From positions 124,001-188,000 of the forward strand of contig NW_020847410.1 in the NCBI RefSeq assembly GCF_003704095.1: a DNA stretch of 64,000 nt. Direction: 5' to 3'. The notes below the pieces were generated by a model. That model was not told the origin of the DNA, made no database searches, and saw nothing but the letters and a program-made list of their open reading frames with translations. Numbering within the stretch: position 1 is the stretch's first letter; the number at the start of each line of letters is the position of its first letter. The DNA is from Pocillopora damicornis (Eukaryota). Shown in pieces: positions 24,060 through 36,347 of the stretch. The position numbers and the translations under genes are program-made.

Positions 24060-26368
24060 ATGCACGTACTAATATTATTCTTGATCAGTGTCACTGCTTA
24101 TGCAACAAGTCGCATTTCAAACACGTTTCCCAGATTTCAAGCAGCTAATTTTGGCCAGATGATGGACGGGAAACAACTCAACGGGAGCGTGATAAAGGAG
24201 ATAGAGGTGGAATCAGAAAGCTCTTGTAGACTGGAGTGTGTCAACGAAGAGCGATGTAAGTCTTACAACTTTGGAGGCACAAAGAAGAAATCTGAGAGAT
24301 GGAAGTGCCAGATCAGTGACTCAGATCGATTTGAGAGACCAGCTAGGGCCAACTTCATCGAGAACAAAGAGTTCAGTTACAGAGGGATAAAGGTACTTGG
24401 AATGCATTTCAAAAGATTTTGGCTACCACCTAGATCCACGAATAAGTTCCAGAAAATGACAATTAATGGTAAAAAAAAAAAAATGTGATAAAATTGCAGA
24501 ATTGCACTTAAGTAGGCTCTGTGGGGTTTTTGCTCAATGTTGGCGCGCACGCCATCGTATTGTTTTTGTAAAAAAATATTATGATTTTGCTTTACAAGGT
24601 CACTAAAAGCCATCGAAAGCCGACGAGCAAGGTTCGGATAATCGTTTTCTGTAGTAAATCATTTTGCGTACACAGAAATATACGTGGTGAGCTTTCTCGC
24701 GCGAAATTCCTAAATCCGAACACAACGTTCGTAAAAATTCACCTTACCTAGGCATCTACAAAATGATTTTCGTTATGAAGCTAAGGCTCCACGAAGAGAG
24801 GTGCTCGCCAGTAACATTCTGCTTGGCAATTTGCTTCGGTGAAATCTCTCAAAATGTTCACAATTTTTCCTGCCGATCATTAAAAAGTCGGAAAAAAGGG
24901 ATTACAAAGGCAGTTTCCTCGCTATTTGGTCCTATGAATTGTTTTTATCAACAGGCACTAGGGAGGGCACAAATACGTTTAACGGTTTCACAAATTTTAG
25001 GAAATTCCATCTGAGGAAACGCGATAAATCTTGCTCAAAAGATCCCTATTTTCTATCTGCTGTTATTGTTGTTTACAAACAGAGCTTATGCGAACGAGAT
25101 NNNNNNNNNNNNNNNNNNNNNNNNNNNNNNNNNNNNNNNNNNNNNNNNNNNNNNNNNNNNNNNNNNNNNNNNNNNNNNNNNNNNNNNNNNNNNNNNNNNN
25201 NNNNNNNNNNNNNNNNNNNNNNNNNNNNNNNNNNNNNNNNNNNNNNNNNNNNNNNNNNNNNNNNNNNNNNNNNNNNNNNNNNNNNNNNNNNNNNNNNNNN
25301 NNNNNNNNNNNNNNNNNNNNNNNNNNNNNNNNNNNNNNNNNNNNNNNNNNNNNNNNNNNNNNNNNNNNNNNNNNNNNNNNNNNNNNNNNNNNNNNNNNNN
25401 NNNNNNNNNNNNNNNNNNNNNNNNNNNNNNNNNNNNNNNNNNNNNNNNNNNNNNNNNNNNNNNNNNNNNNNNNNNNNNNNNNNNNNNNNNNNNNNNNNNN
25501 NNNNNNNNNNNNNNNNNNNNNNNNNNNNNNNNNNNNNNNNNNNNNNNNNNNNNNNNNNNNNNNNNNNNNNNNNNNNNNNNNNNNNNNNNNNNNNNNNNNN
25601 NNNNNNNNNNNNNNNNNNNNNNNNNNNNNNNNNNNNNNNNNNNNNNNNNNNNNNNNNNNNNNNNNNNNNNNNNNNNNNNNNNNNNNNNNNNNNNNNNNNN
25701 NNNNNNNNNNNNNNNNNNNNNNNNNCTCTGTTGATTTCTATCGAGATTGGTCGTCCTACAAAAATGGCTTCGGAGATTTGAAGGGCGAGTTCTGGCTTGG
25801 AAATGACAATCTTCATCGCTTAACAGCCGCTGGTAACGTTTCGTTGAGAGTTGACCTGAAGGACTTCGAAGGTAACATCACATACGCTGAGTACGCGACA
25901 TTTAAGGTGGCGGACCAAGCAGATAAATACCGAATTCTAATTGGTGGATACAGTGGGACAGCCGGAGACGGTATGAATAAACAAAGGTATAACAAACAGT
26001 AGTTTAGAATTGAGGTTGTTGAAAGTAAAATGTCCGATAAGTTGCAAGCAAACATTTTTATATCTATTCGTTTCGAGACTTGTGCGGGTAAAGAGATGGA
26101 ATCCAAGATATGCAAACCGCATTTTATGGTGTTAACTTTTTGTAGTGACATGCAGTTCTCCACAAGAGACAGTGACAACGACATAAATCCGGACGGCAGC
26201 TGTGCTCAGCAGTTCAAAGGCGCCTGGTGGTACAGTTACTGTCATCATTCCAATCTGAACGGGTTGTATCTCAATGGAAGTCACTCCTCAATGGCTGATG
26301 GCGTCAACTGGATTCCTTTTAAAGGATATTACTACTCTCTGAAACGTACAGAAATGAAAGTAAAGTAG
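24060..26368 (+). CDS. Secreted PAN + fibrinogen-related (FReD) lectin-like protein; exons 24060-24392, [gap], <25726-25986, 26146-26368
   Basis: PAN exon as above; fibrinogen C-terminal motifs [74 protein letters not shown]. Joining the exons across gap 25101-25725 is inferred. Confidence 0.8.
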
Positions 26369-26920
26369 ATCAGTGTTGTTGTTTCTTTTCTTTTTTCTTT
26401 CCATTTCTCACGAAGAGACTAGTTAGGTTCAGACCACGGCCGCAACACACTCCAGTTATCGATCCTTTTCGTCCCAGTCTCCCGTCGCATTTATTATTTA
26501 CGTATATAACGAAGTTACTCATTGGTTTATTAAATTAAACGGGTTTTTGAGCCCTGTACAGCGGTTTACGTAATTTTAGGGCCATTTTTTTCAAATCATC
26601 CTGTGGAGGTGTGAATTGTAATGTGATTATTCGGAACAGTAGCGGCACTGCTCCAGTTCAGGGCAGAACTAAAACCATTGATGAAACTGGGCCACCTCAT
26701 GCGATNNNNNNNNNNNNNNNNNNNNNNNNNNNNNNNNNNNNNNNNNNNNNNNNNNNNNNNNNNNNNNNNNNNNNNNNNNNNNNNNNNNNNNNNNNNNNNN
26801 NNNNNGGAACCCTGGGGAAGTTTTTCGCAAGATGTAAGAGGAGAGAGGACCCTGGAAACGACGCTGGTTTGTACTTAGAACTAGAACTTAGTCTCTCTTC
26901 AACAAACAAACCTCCAAAAC

Positions 26921-29900
26921 ATGGCGGACTTTGGCGAGGGTCATACCTGTTTAGAATGTGGGAAAAGTTACAATAAGAAATGGAGGCTTGAGGAGCATAA
27001 GAGGTCCCATACAGGAGAGGTAGGTTTGTGTCCTGTGTCCTTCGAACAAAATCTGTAGATTTTATGCGCTTTAAACTCTGAATTGAAAGGGTAGTTCTTC
27101 TGACACGTGCTGTTACTCTGTTCGTCCGGTACGTTTTGGTTCGTCACTAAGGCATTGAACGTGAGTTCGAGGAATTATTATATGTTAAGAACCGGGCCAA
27201 AAAAATCTCCCTTAAAATATGACTCGCTTTTTTCCTTTCAATTTCATTTAAAATGATTTAAGCTTTAGTGTGTAATTCGATTATGCCGGAATCGTGCATT
27301 ACAGACGACGTCATGCAATAGCCGCAAGCTTACATGTTTTACACGATCTTACATGCTTGTTCACACCAAAGCTCCAACTCACTAAACTGTGGAAGATCCA
27401 GTACAGTGCTTTCTTCTCCATAAATTCAGAGTGAATTTTATTGGAAAGCAATCAAAGGCAAATTCTCATTACTCCAATTGGCCACTTTCTGAGAAGAATC
27501 TCATTTTATGGAGTACGTGTTCACGCAATCAATTCAGTTGAAAGGCTAAACCTAAGGACTGCCAGATTTTTATGAAGCTTGATGGATACTGGGCTTTCTT
27601 TTTTAGGCATTTTTTTTTTTAAATTTAGCCTATTTTTAGCCTAAATGACCACTTGCTCATTAATCCATGTGTAATAAATGGTAAAGTGTAATAAACACGA
27701 GATAATGGTATCCAAACATGCTTTCTGCCTGCAGTGTTTGTCTAGAAATATGAGTATTGGTTATAATTGTAATTTTACCCGCAGAGACCTTTTAAGTGCG
27801 AGTTTGAAGGATGTGGCAAATCCTTTATCAGACCATACCATCTGAAGCGTCACTCACTGATCCACACAGGACAGGAAATTTTTAAGTATACAATTGTTTA
27901 TTCACATACATGGCTTTTTATGGCCCTTAGGAAGAAAATTTCCACATGCGAGGGAATTAACCCTTTAACTCCCAGAAGTGATTAACATGTAACTTCTCCC
28001 CATAACATCCCAATGTAATCCTGCTACAAGGTAATAAGAATACTCAAACTTATCTGGTAGTTGTTTTCTTGATCTAAAACCAAATTATTTTAACTAATTT
28101 CTTAGGAAATGTGCAGCAATTAGAGGGGAGAATTAAGGGTTAACTTTGTACACCCTAACATCAGTAAGCATATTCTCCAAACTGTTCTCTATACTTTTCA
28201 TAAGGTGCTGACAAGGAGAATTTGTTCATCAATCAAAAGCTAATATTTCCATGGTGATCATTTCCTTTGTTCTCATGACCTTAATGTGTGATTCACAGGT
28301 GATAATGAAGGGAGAAATTAGATGTTAGTCACTCTTGAGGTTTAAAGGGTTAAGAACTGTGCAGTGGGGGACTCTATCAATTGCAGATGTGGACCCAAAG
28401 TTATGGATTTTTTTTCTAGACCTGATGTGCGCAGTCAAACATCTACATGTATATATTCTTTGCCCATTCCTTTTTTTATTTTTAATTTTTTTGAAAAATG
28501 TTCAAACCAGTTTCATTCTGATATTTTTCATCTTTGACTCTGATCACTATCTTAAAGACATAGAAGAAATGAAAGAAACTGCTTTGAATCTTAGACCATA
28601 AGATTTGATGTTAAATACAAAAGAAAGGTATTTTAAAACTTCATCTGCTCGTGTGCTCCTACCTTTCTTGAAGTCAGATCCTGGCTCCAAAGATCCAAGT
28701 GTGTTACAAATGCATTCAATTAGTGATCATGGTTTAAACCATCCCTCTCCCAGCTATGGACATGTCAGTGTATGCCATCAGTACAACAAATAATGAACTT
28801 CTGTTTTAGCTAATACAATTACAAATAATGTGTTCTCCTCTATAGATGTTCCTACCCAGGCTGTACACAAACCTTCTCTCTCAAGCATAATTTAAAGAGG
28901 CACGAAAAGAGATCACATAACAAACCATTTAAGGTAAAGATCTTATCAAATAACTTTGTAATTGTATAATTATGTACATGTATATTTTGTGATCAAATTT
29001 TATCTTTTGCTCAAATTAAACTGTATATTTTCATTTGTAATAAAAGAAGTCCAATCTATGTTTTTTTATTGTATTGATTATGTGAGAGGAAAAGACATAT
29101 TGGTCTTAAACATGTGACATTTTTTTTAGAATTCAGTGGGTGCTTATCAATATTACCAGGTATTCGTCAGTTTGTGTCATCAAACTTGGATGAACTTTGA
29201 AGTGCCACTGTAATGGAATATTCTCATACTTTTTCTTGGGATTGTGACTTCATCAATAGAAAAATTCATTATGCCATGCATCAGTTTTAAGTCTGACTTT
29301 GTGAATGTTTCCTGTTTCAACTGTGCACCATCACTAGTTTGCATTTTGCTCAAGGTGTAGATGTTGAGAAAAAAAGGATGTCAAAGACTTGCTACATGTA
29401 GCTAGTTTTATCTAGGTTAAAAATGATGTGATTCTAAGGTCCTCACGGGTTTTTTTCGTCTATTTTGTTAACACTTTCACAGTGCCATTACGAGGGATGT
29501 GATGAGGCTTTCAAGAAAAGCACTCAGCTTAGGAGACATATTTGCATTCACACAAATGAAAAGCTGTATAAGTAAGTTGGACTGGATTTAGTTGAGTCCT
29601 CTTTCAGTACACTACACAAGGATAACTTCACCTATGTTATTTGAGTCGAAACAGGTTAAACATTATAATTGTATTTATTACGGTAATTACTTAAATAAGT
29701 GTGGCAGGGCTTATTTATTTTTTCTAGCCTTACATTCCACCCTTATTCTGCAAGTGATACTCATTCAAAAATGAGATGTACACTGTATCAAAGAAATGTT
29801 CTCTTTTTTTTAACGGCATATTATCTTTCTGTATGAAACAATTTTATAACTAACAGAGGTGTCCTTTGATCATCACTTTCTTCTCTCCCAGCACTTCCAA

Positions 29901-32900
29901 TTGCATCACTAATAATGTCTTCACTCAACTTCGATCTAAATAATGGCCCCTTTTTTGATCTGAGTCTATGGGGCCTAGCATGGGTTAACGCTCTCCGACA
30001 TGTACATCTAAATCCTTACATTTACATTCCAAAGAATTTGCACATAGTTCCAATGAGGGAGGTGCATATTCAGGGATGGCTCTTTTTCAAGTACATAAGG
30101 TAGTCATATACGTTTGTATGTTTTTTTATCATCGCAGGTGTCAGGTGGAAGGCTGTGGCACTGGGTTTGATAGTCTATCGAAGCTTCAGAATCACATGAA
30201 GAAGCACAACAAAGGTAATACATGAGTGTTCCATTATAGATTTTAAACTATGAGTAAGAAATATTAAGGATAAAAGAAATTCTTTTGTAGATTTATTTCT
30301 GTTTTCTTCATTAAATTTTAACAAGATAGGCATCATCAGCCACTGCGCATGATGTTTGGTTTTAAAATGTTTTAGGCACAAGTGGTGATTGTTTTGAAGC
30401 ACAATAAACCTTAATTCAGATGATACCACTTGTATCATTGTCAATCTGGATGACAGCACCCTACAGGGTATATCACAACACTTTTAAATAAAATGAACTG
30501 GGAAGAAAAAAATTATATCATGCTGCTGTCAATCGTTTTGCATGGGAAATCTGTGCTTTGCACTTTATTGCAGACAGTTGAAAGGTTCTGTTACTGAGTT
30601 TTAAATGGAAGATTTTAGTCAGTTTTGCTCTGATGAGATTTGTGTGAGGCTACAGGAGTTGGAATGCAATGTAATGTGACAACTGTTAAAGAAATCAAAC
30701 TAATTCTTAATATGCTAAAGAAACATAATAATAATAATTAACAACTATTCACCAGAGTGGAGGTGGCTAGTGGTGCCACTTGGGTGAATATCTTTTTTGG
30801 TATGTACTAAAACAGTGAGATAATGTACAGTAGCACAGAAAGATGATTGAAACTCATTTATTCCTACAAAGATCACAATATTTTGTGGTGCAAATCCTGT
30901 GCAAGTTGCTCTGAGATGGATAGCAAAGGATATTTGATATATGAGTAGTTAATCTGAGTGTGTCTTAATGCTATCCGCTGTTTTAACACCTAGTGATAAA
31001 CTTTTTTTTTAAATCATTCTGTTCTTTCTTAATCCAGGATACATTTGCAGTACACCAGGGTGCTCTGCAGCCTTTGACAAATTTTCAAAATTAGCAGTGC
31101 ACATGAGAAGTCATGGTATGTATCTTACACTGAGAATGCTACATTTACTTGAAACCAAACTTTTGTTCTGCAAGAGATAATTATACATTTCCTCTATGTA
31201 AAAATTGTGATTTTATTTGTCAGGGGTTTCTTGCAACCATTGTGGCAAGACCTTTTCACAAGCTTGTGAGGTAAGTGTTTTATCCCTTATATGAGTTAGT
31301 GTTAAATCCTGTCAGTATGGAATCAATTTGTATAGCAGACACATTGCAAATGAATTAATTTGTTTATTCAAAATGCTTTGATTCACTTGTTTGTACAAAT
31401 AAAATGTCTATATTTTGAATTTGCCAGAAGAGGAACAAGTGTTCATTGTACCTCAGCCATTGACATGCCCTTCATATGAGGCTGGCATTCTTTGAATCTC
31501 TGTATTTCAGGCTAACAACACAAAGGAGCCTAATCTGCATGTGTAGGGGTTTCAATGACTTTTTTAATAAGTAACCAAGTGTGGTGCAATAGGCAGCTGC
31601 CAATGGTGCAGTAGGCAGCTGCCAATGGTGCAATAGGCAGCTGCCAATGGTGCAATAGGCAGCTATCAGTAGTGCAACAGGCAGCTGCAAATTGTGCAAT
31701 AGGCAGCTGCCAATGATGCAATTGATGGCTGCAAATTGTGCAATAGGCAGCTGCCAATGGTGCAATAGGCAGCTGCCAATGGTGCAATAGGCAGTTGCCA
31801 ATGGTGCAATAGGCAGTTGCCAATGGTGCACTAGGCAGCTGTCGATGGTGCAATAGGCAGCTGTCGATGGTGCAATAGGCAGCTGTCAATGGTGCAATAG
31901 GTGGCTGCCAATGGTGCAATATGAGACTGTGCAGTAAGGCAAAACCCAACCTTAAGAGCCTACTTGCAGGCTAAACAGACTGTGGTGAGAGCTCTTACAG
32001 GCGGCGGTAGACCGCTGGTAAATAGCTGTTATGAAACCTCCGCATTTGTCTTTGCAGCGACAGGATTGAATTACAGTTTGGCTCATAGAGTACACTGTTT
32101 TGTTCACCTCAATGTGACCTGATTGTGTTTACAGCTCAGGAAGCATGCCGTCATACACAATACGAATCGGAAACTGTACGAATGCCCCAGAGAGGGATGC
32201 TCAAAAGTATATTTGAAGGTAGGTTACCTTAAAAAAAAGCTGCTGGAATCTGAAAACACAAATTCTATCAAAGAGGATAGAAAGAAGCTGTTGTGTCAAA
32301 TTACAGTGGTTCATGTAAATTTTCAGCCCACAAGACAATTATCGTTTTGTAGGATTATTCATCTTGCTCAGAAAACAGTGATGAAGAGTTTCCCCGATAG
32401 CCGTCCGTCACTGAACTAATGGAGCATGCTGTGCTATCCTGAATATTGAAAGTCAACTGCTCGGCGTGTGTAGCATAAAACACTGTATTTCACTTTATGC
32501 CAGCTGCATTGAACTCGACATTTTGATTGGCTTATTTTTCAGGCATTTAACCTCAGAGTTCACATCAAAGCCTTCCATGAGGGCCACCGGCCTTATCTGT
32601 GCACATGGGAAGGCTGTGCAAAAGGATTCGCCCATAAGGTACAGCGCTTCGTGCTTTATCTTTTTCATTTTTTTTCTTTTTTCATTAAATGTTTATGAAA
32701 TTATATTCGTAATATTTTGTGTTGCTTTTCACTGTTTGTTTCCCCTTTGTGTATCTACAGAATTCTCTCAGAAAACATCTAGTGCTCCACGCAGAGAGAA
32801 GAATAAAGCCAACACCGTCTCCTCAAGACAGATCACCGTCTAAGGTACAACTGTGTCTGTTATTGAAAAAAATTCCATAGATTGACGAGTCTGATGTTTT

Positions 32901-35258
32901 TATGCAAAATCATTTTTTGTACTATTAGATGTAAAAAAAAAAGACACTTAAATTGTCATTATGAAACAGTTCAACACTACAAAAATACGAAAGGAAATAA
33001 AGAAATTTGAACGCCGCAAACAACCACACTGTAAAATTTAGTGTAAAACTGTGAAATTTTGGCGAATATTCTCTAAAAACTTTTTATTATTTTTTTTTTG
33101 AATGCTGCGTGCCGAGGTGTACTGTTTAACGTTAAATTTTAAATATCCTGTGTTCGTATATAGAGCAGAGTAGCACTCTTATGCTCATAATACCGGTTTG
33201 TCCCTTTTGTAGAAAAAAAAGAAGAGAAGAAAGCCACTATCACTCGCCAAAAAGCTCAGTGGGTATCGCTCCTCCTTTTCTGAAAGCTCCGACACCCAGT
33301 GCGCGGATACAGCGCCGAAAAAGAGAAAAACGTCATATACTCAATCCGGGAGGAATGAAACGGACAGCATCAAGCACACAGATCCAAATGTGAGGCAAGA
33401 TGTAAACATGCAACGAACTAATCTCAACACGAGTGGCTTAAACGGCATCGCCGAGGCAGCAAAAATGGCGTCTACATCTCTTAACGTCGTTTCGAATAGC
33501 ACGTTTGTGGCTCAATTAAGTGATGCTACTGTGAACCCTGAAACACGGGGTAGGTTTGAAGGAGCTCAGGGTCAGGATATTGTAGCAGACGGTTCTTCGG
33601 TCTCTCTGACTTCATGTGATGATTTTGTAATATTGCCAAATGTGGTTGGTAAAAGACCCGAGGAACTGCAAGATGAAGTTACCTCAAGTCTTTCGACAAA
33701 CAACGGTCTTGGACAAAATGCAGACTCTTTTGCAGGTGATGTTAGCATGTCTCCTTCCTCTGATGATGGAGGAGAATTCATGGATTTTGAACCAGCCGTT
33801 GGTGATAATTCTGTGGCTAATTCCCCTTTACCGTGCGAATCTGAACCTGCAACTGACTTGGTGGAACCATTTAAGTTTGGAGAAGCTTCGAGTGACCAAC
33901 AGTCATCCGCTGACCTAGTACGAAGGAACACTGAGGGTTCGCCTTTTAGAGTCGACGCGGAAATAATCTCGACTATGGTGACTACTGTATGTGTAAATGA
34001 TTTATTAGGAGACAATGACTCGGGTTGTTCGAACTCGTCCAAAGTTTCCAGTCCAGTTGATCAAGTGAAATCAGTTGGAACAAACAGTACCCAAAACATT
34101 GGTGGGAAAGGGATCATGGAATCCAGTGACATCCGTTCTTCAATGACGGGTGATAAAAACAATTCTGACGCATTCTGCTCTGTATCAGATGAAATAGCTT
34201 CGGTTTCGCAGCCTGGACCACCTCTTGGAGGTGACAATAACGTAGACGAAAACGGTGTCAGCGACAAACTTGCCAACGTTACAAAAGTCGTAGACTTCCC
34301 GGTTATGGACGATGTGCTTCAAATTATCGAAGAAGAAGAAGAAAACGAACATGACAGCGTTCGGTGTGGAAAAATTACTGACAGTAAGAGTGCTGATAAG
34401 GACGAGGTGGTGAGGATGGATAACCTAAGAGTCGATGATACTGGCTATAGAGTGGACATATGTATTGAAACACGGTTGATGAGTTCCACCAACCCGGGGG
34501 CGGAAGTCCCACACGGAAACGAGGGGGATGGAGAGTTACCGGAAGAGCAAGACATGGTAGATGATACTTTAAACGGTACTTCTCATCACGATAATATCGA
34601 TAGCGATGAAGAGGACATCGTTCTTTCAGAACTGGTGAAACGGTTACGAGACTCTAGCGAGCATAAGACCCGAGCAACGAGTGACAGAGAACACAAGGAA
34701 CAAAGCTGTTCAACTAGTTCAAACCGTAACACGAGACGAGGAGATGAAACATGTGGTCTGGGACGTGAAACAAGTCAAAGTGAGGGCAAGACGACGGTTA
34801 TTGAGAAAAATTCGCGGACGAAAAGTCCACAAATTGACTCAACCCGTGCCACTAACAGTGTGAACGACTCAAACTCCACCGCAGAAGTTGCTCCAGACAA
34901 AATTACCGTGGAAGTGATATCCGGGACACGTGAACGGTTTTGTAAGCCGAATTCAAAGCAGAAAAGTAAGAAAAATGTTGGTGTTCAACTAACCGAGAAC
35001 AAGTCCGCCTTGCGCACCCAAGCAAAACCTCTAGCCCCTCGGAAAGAAAAGTCTCCGAAAGGCGCCAGTCAAACTAATGTTAACAACTTGAAGGGTGACA
35101 ATTCTGGCTCGGGGAAAAGCAGGAATTCTGATATAATCGCGGGCAAGAAAGATGAATATGTCGGGGACGTTTCCAAAGCCAAGTTTCGAACTAAAGACAA
35201 TATTTTTGCCTTTGATGTGCAAACGTTGGAATTATTGTGGAATTTTAAGGGGAAGTGA
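26921..35258 (+). CDS. GTF3A: Transcription factor IIIA, 11 exons (26921-27019, 27785-27885, 28846-28933, 29483-29571, 30138-30214, 31038-31115, 31224-31270, 32135-32218, 32543-32638, 32761-32844, 33213-35258), 962 aa
   Basis: Nine tandem C2H2 fingers with TFIIIA-type sequences ([37 protein letters not shown]; [17 protein letters not shown]; YECPREGC; [17 protein letters not shown]), followed by [10 protein letters not shown], equivalent to vertebrate SLASRL(T/S)GY. Splice phases are consistent and the last exon is in frame with ORF 33390..35258. Confidence 0.9.
27957..28353. mobile_element. Two adjacent TTAA-type MITEs sharing the TTAA at 28140-28143
   Basis: TTAACCCTTTAACTCCC...AAGGGTTAA followed immediately by TTAACTTTGTACACCCTAACATCAG...AAAGGGTTAA. 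Confidence 0.75.
31583..31920. repeat. 22-bp minisatellite (GGTGCAATAGGCAGCTGCCAAT), ~15 copies, in GTF3A intron 7
   Basis: Head-to-tail units with no spacers; each has a palindromic GGCAGCTGCC core. Confidence 0.95.
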
Positions 35259-36139
35259 CTGAAAACGCTTTTTAAGGCTGCCAGCAGTGAGTCACTAAGG
35301 CGGCTTACTGGGAGTTTCGAGTTCATTATCTTGCGGCAGCTCTGGCAGTTTGTAGGAAGACCCAAAACTTTATACACTAGTTTTGAGGAATTGACATTTT
35401 TCAGTCATCAGTCTTGATGTTTTGTCGACATATCTCAGTTCGTCTATCTAAATAGAGAACCCACCTGATAATTGCTTGTTTTTCCATCGGAAGTTCTGAT
35501 AATTGTTATTGTTATTGAAACTTCTTGTAATTTTGGTTATCGATGGAGCTGTCTTCCCTGTTTTGATCCCTGAACACCGTCACTAACAACAGCAGTTAGA
35601 GAAAAGTTAGCAGATCTGTACGTTGAATGGTAGAACCTTAAAGCCTTTGTGTTATGGATAACTGCTACCGTTGTAAGGCAGTGAAAAATGTGAAAAATGG
35701 TCTGATTTTAAACCGCATCTGGGATTGCAATTAAACGTTTATTATTTCAATTGCTGTTTTCAAAAATGATTAAAACTTTATCAGTAAATCAGGTGCAACA
35801 CTATTTCTGTTTGACTAAATGCAGACGAGGTATAACCTAACTGGGTTTGCCTAAAATTTGTGAACAAAATAAGGTATTTATATCTATTTAAATGTATGAT
35901 ATTCGAAGTTCAAAAAAGAACAAAGGTATCAATAATTTGATGAAATAAAAAGGTCTATGACTGCATGTGCCTACTGTGGTATAGTTGTAGAGTATTGCAG
36001 TAAAAAAGCAAAGTGGTGTAAAATGCAGAGGGATTAGAATGAACAACTCTTGTCAATGCCAAAATTGTGACAAAAGGACGACTTAGCTAGAACAGAGTTT
36101 GTGCAATGGTAAAGTGAAAGGTCGGAACAAGGCGGGAAA

Positions 36140-36347
36140 TTAATCCTTTAATCCTTAAGATTAACAAGGTTCTAAGTTCTTATAATATCACCTCTGAAAA
36201 AAAGGTTTAAGTCACAAGAATAAAGAAAATGATGAGCAACTAACAAAGCACTTGATGGTTTTACAAATTCTCCTTGTTAGAACCTAGGAAATGTATAGCG
36301 TACAGTATGGAGACTATGCATAATGATGTTAAGGTGTAAAGGGTTAA
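36140..36347. mobile_element. TTAA-type MITE (degenerate)
   Basis: Same family as 275-483; ends GATGTTAAGGTGTAAAGGGTTAA. Confidence 0.7.

Noticed and set aside
24939-26976. Long ORFs containing X runs (also near 21100, 46400-46800 and 47600-47900)
   Set aside because: Artefacts of reading through N gaps; only the fibrinogen and ACP5 parts are supported.
31583-31920. Palindromic short repeats resembling a CRISPR array, and ORFs 31472..31831 and 31530..31949
   Set aside because: No unique spacers, no cas genes, eukaryotic intron; the ORFs are translations of the minisatellite.
33572-35377. Antisense and alternative-frame ORFs over the GTF3A last exon
   Set aside because: Shadow ORFs of a long coding exon; no independent features.
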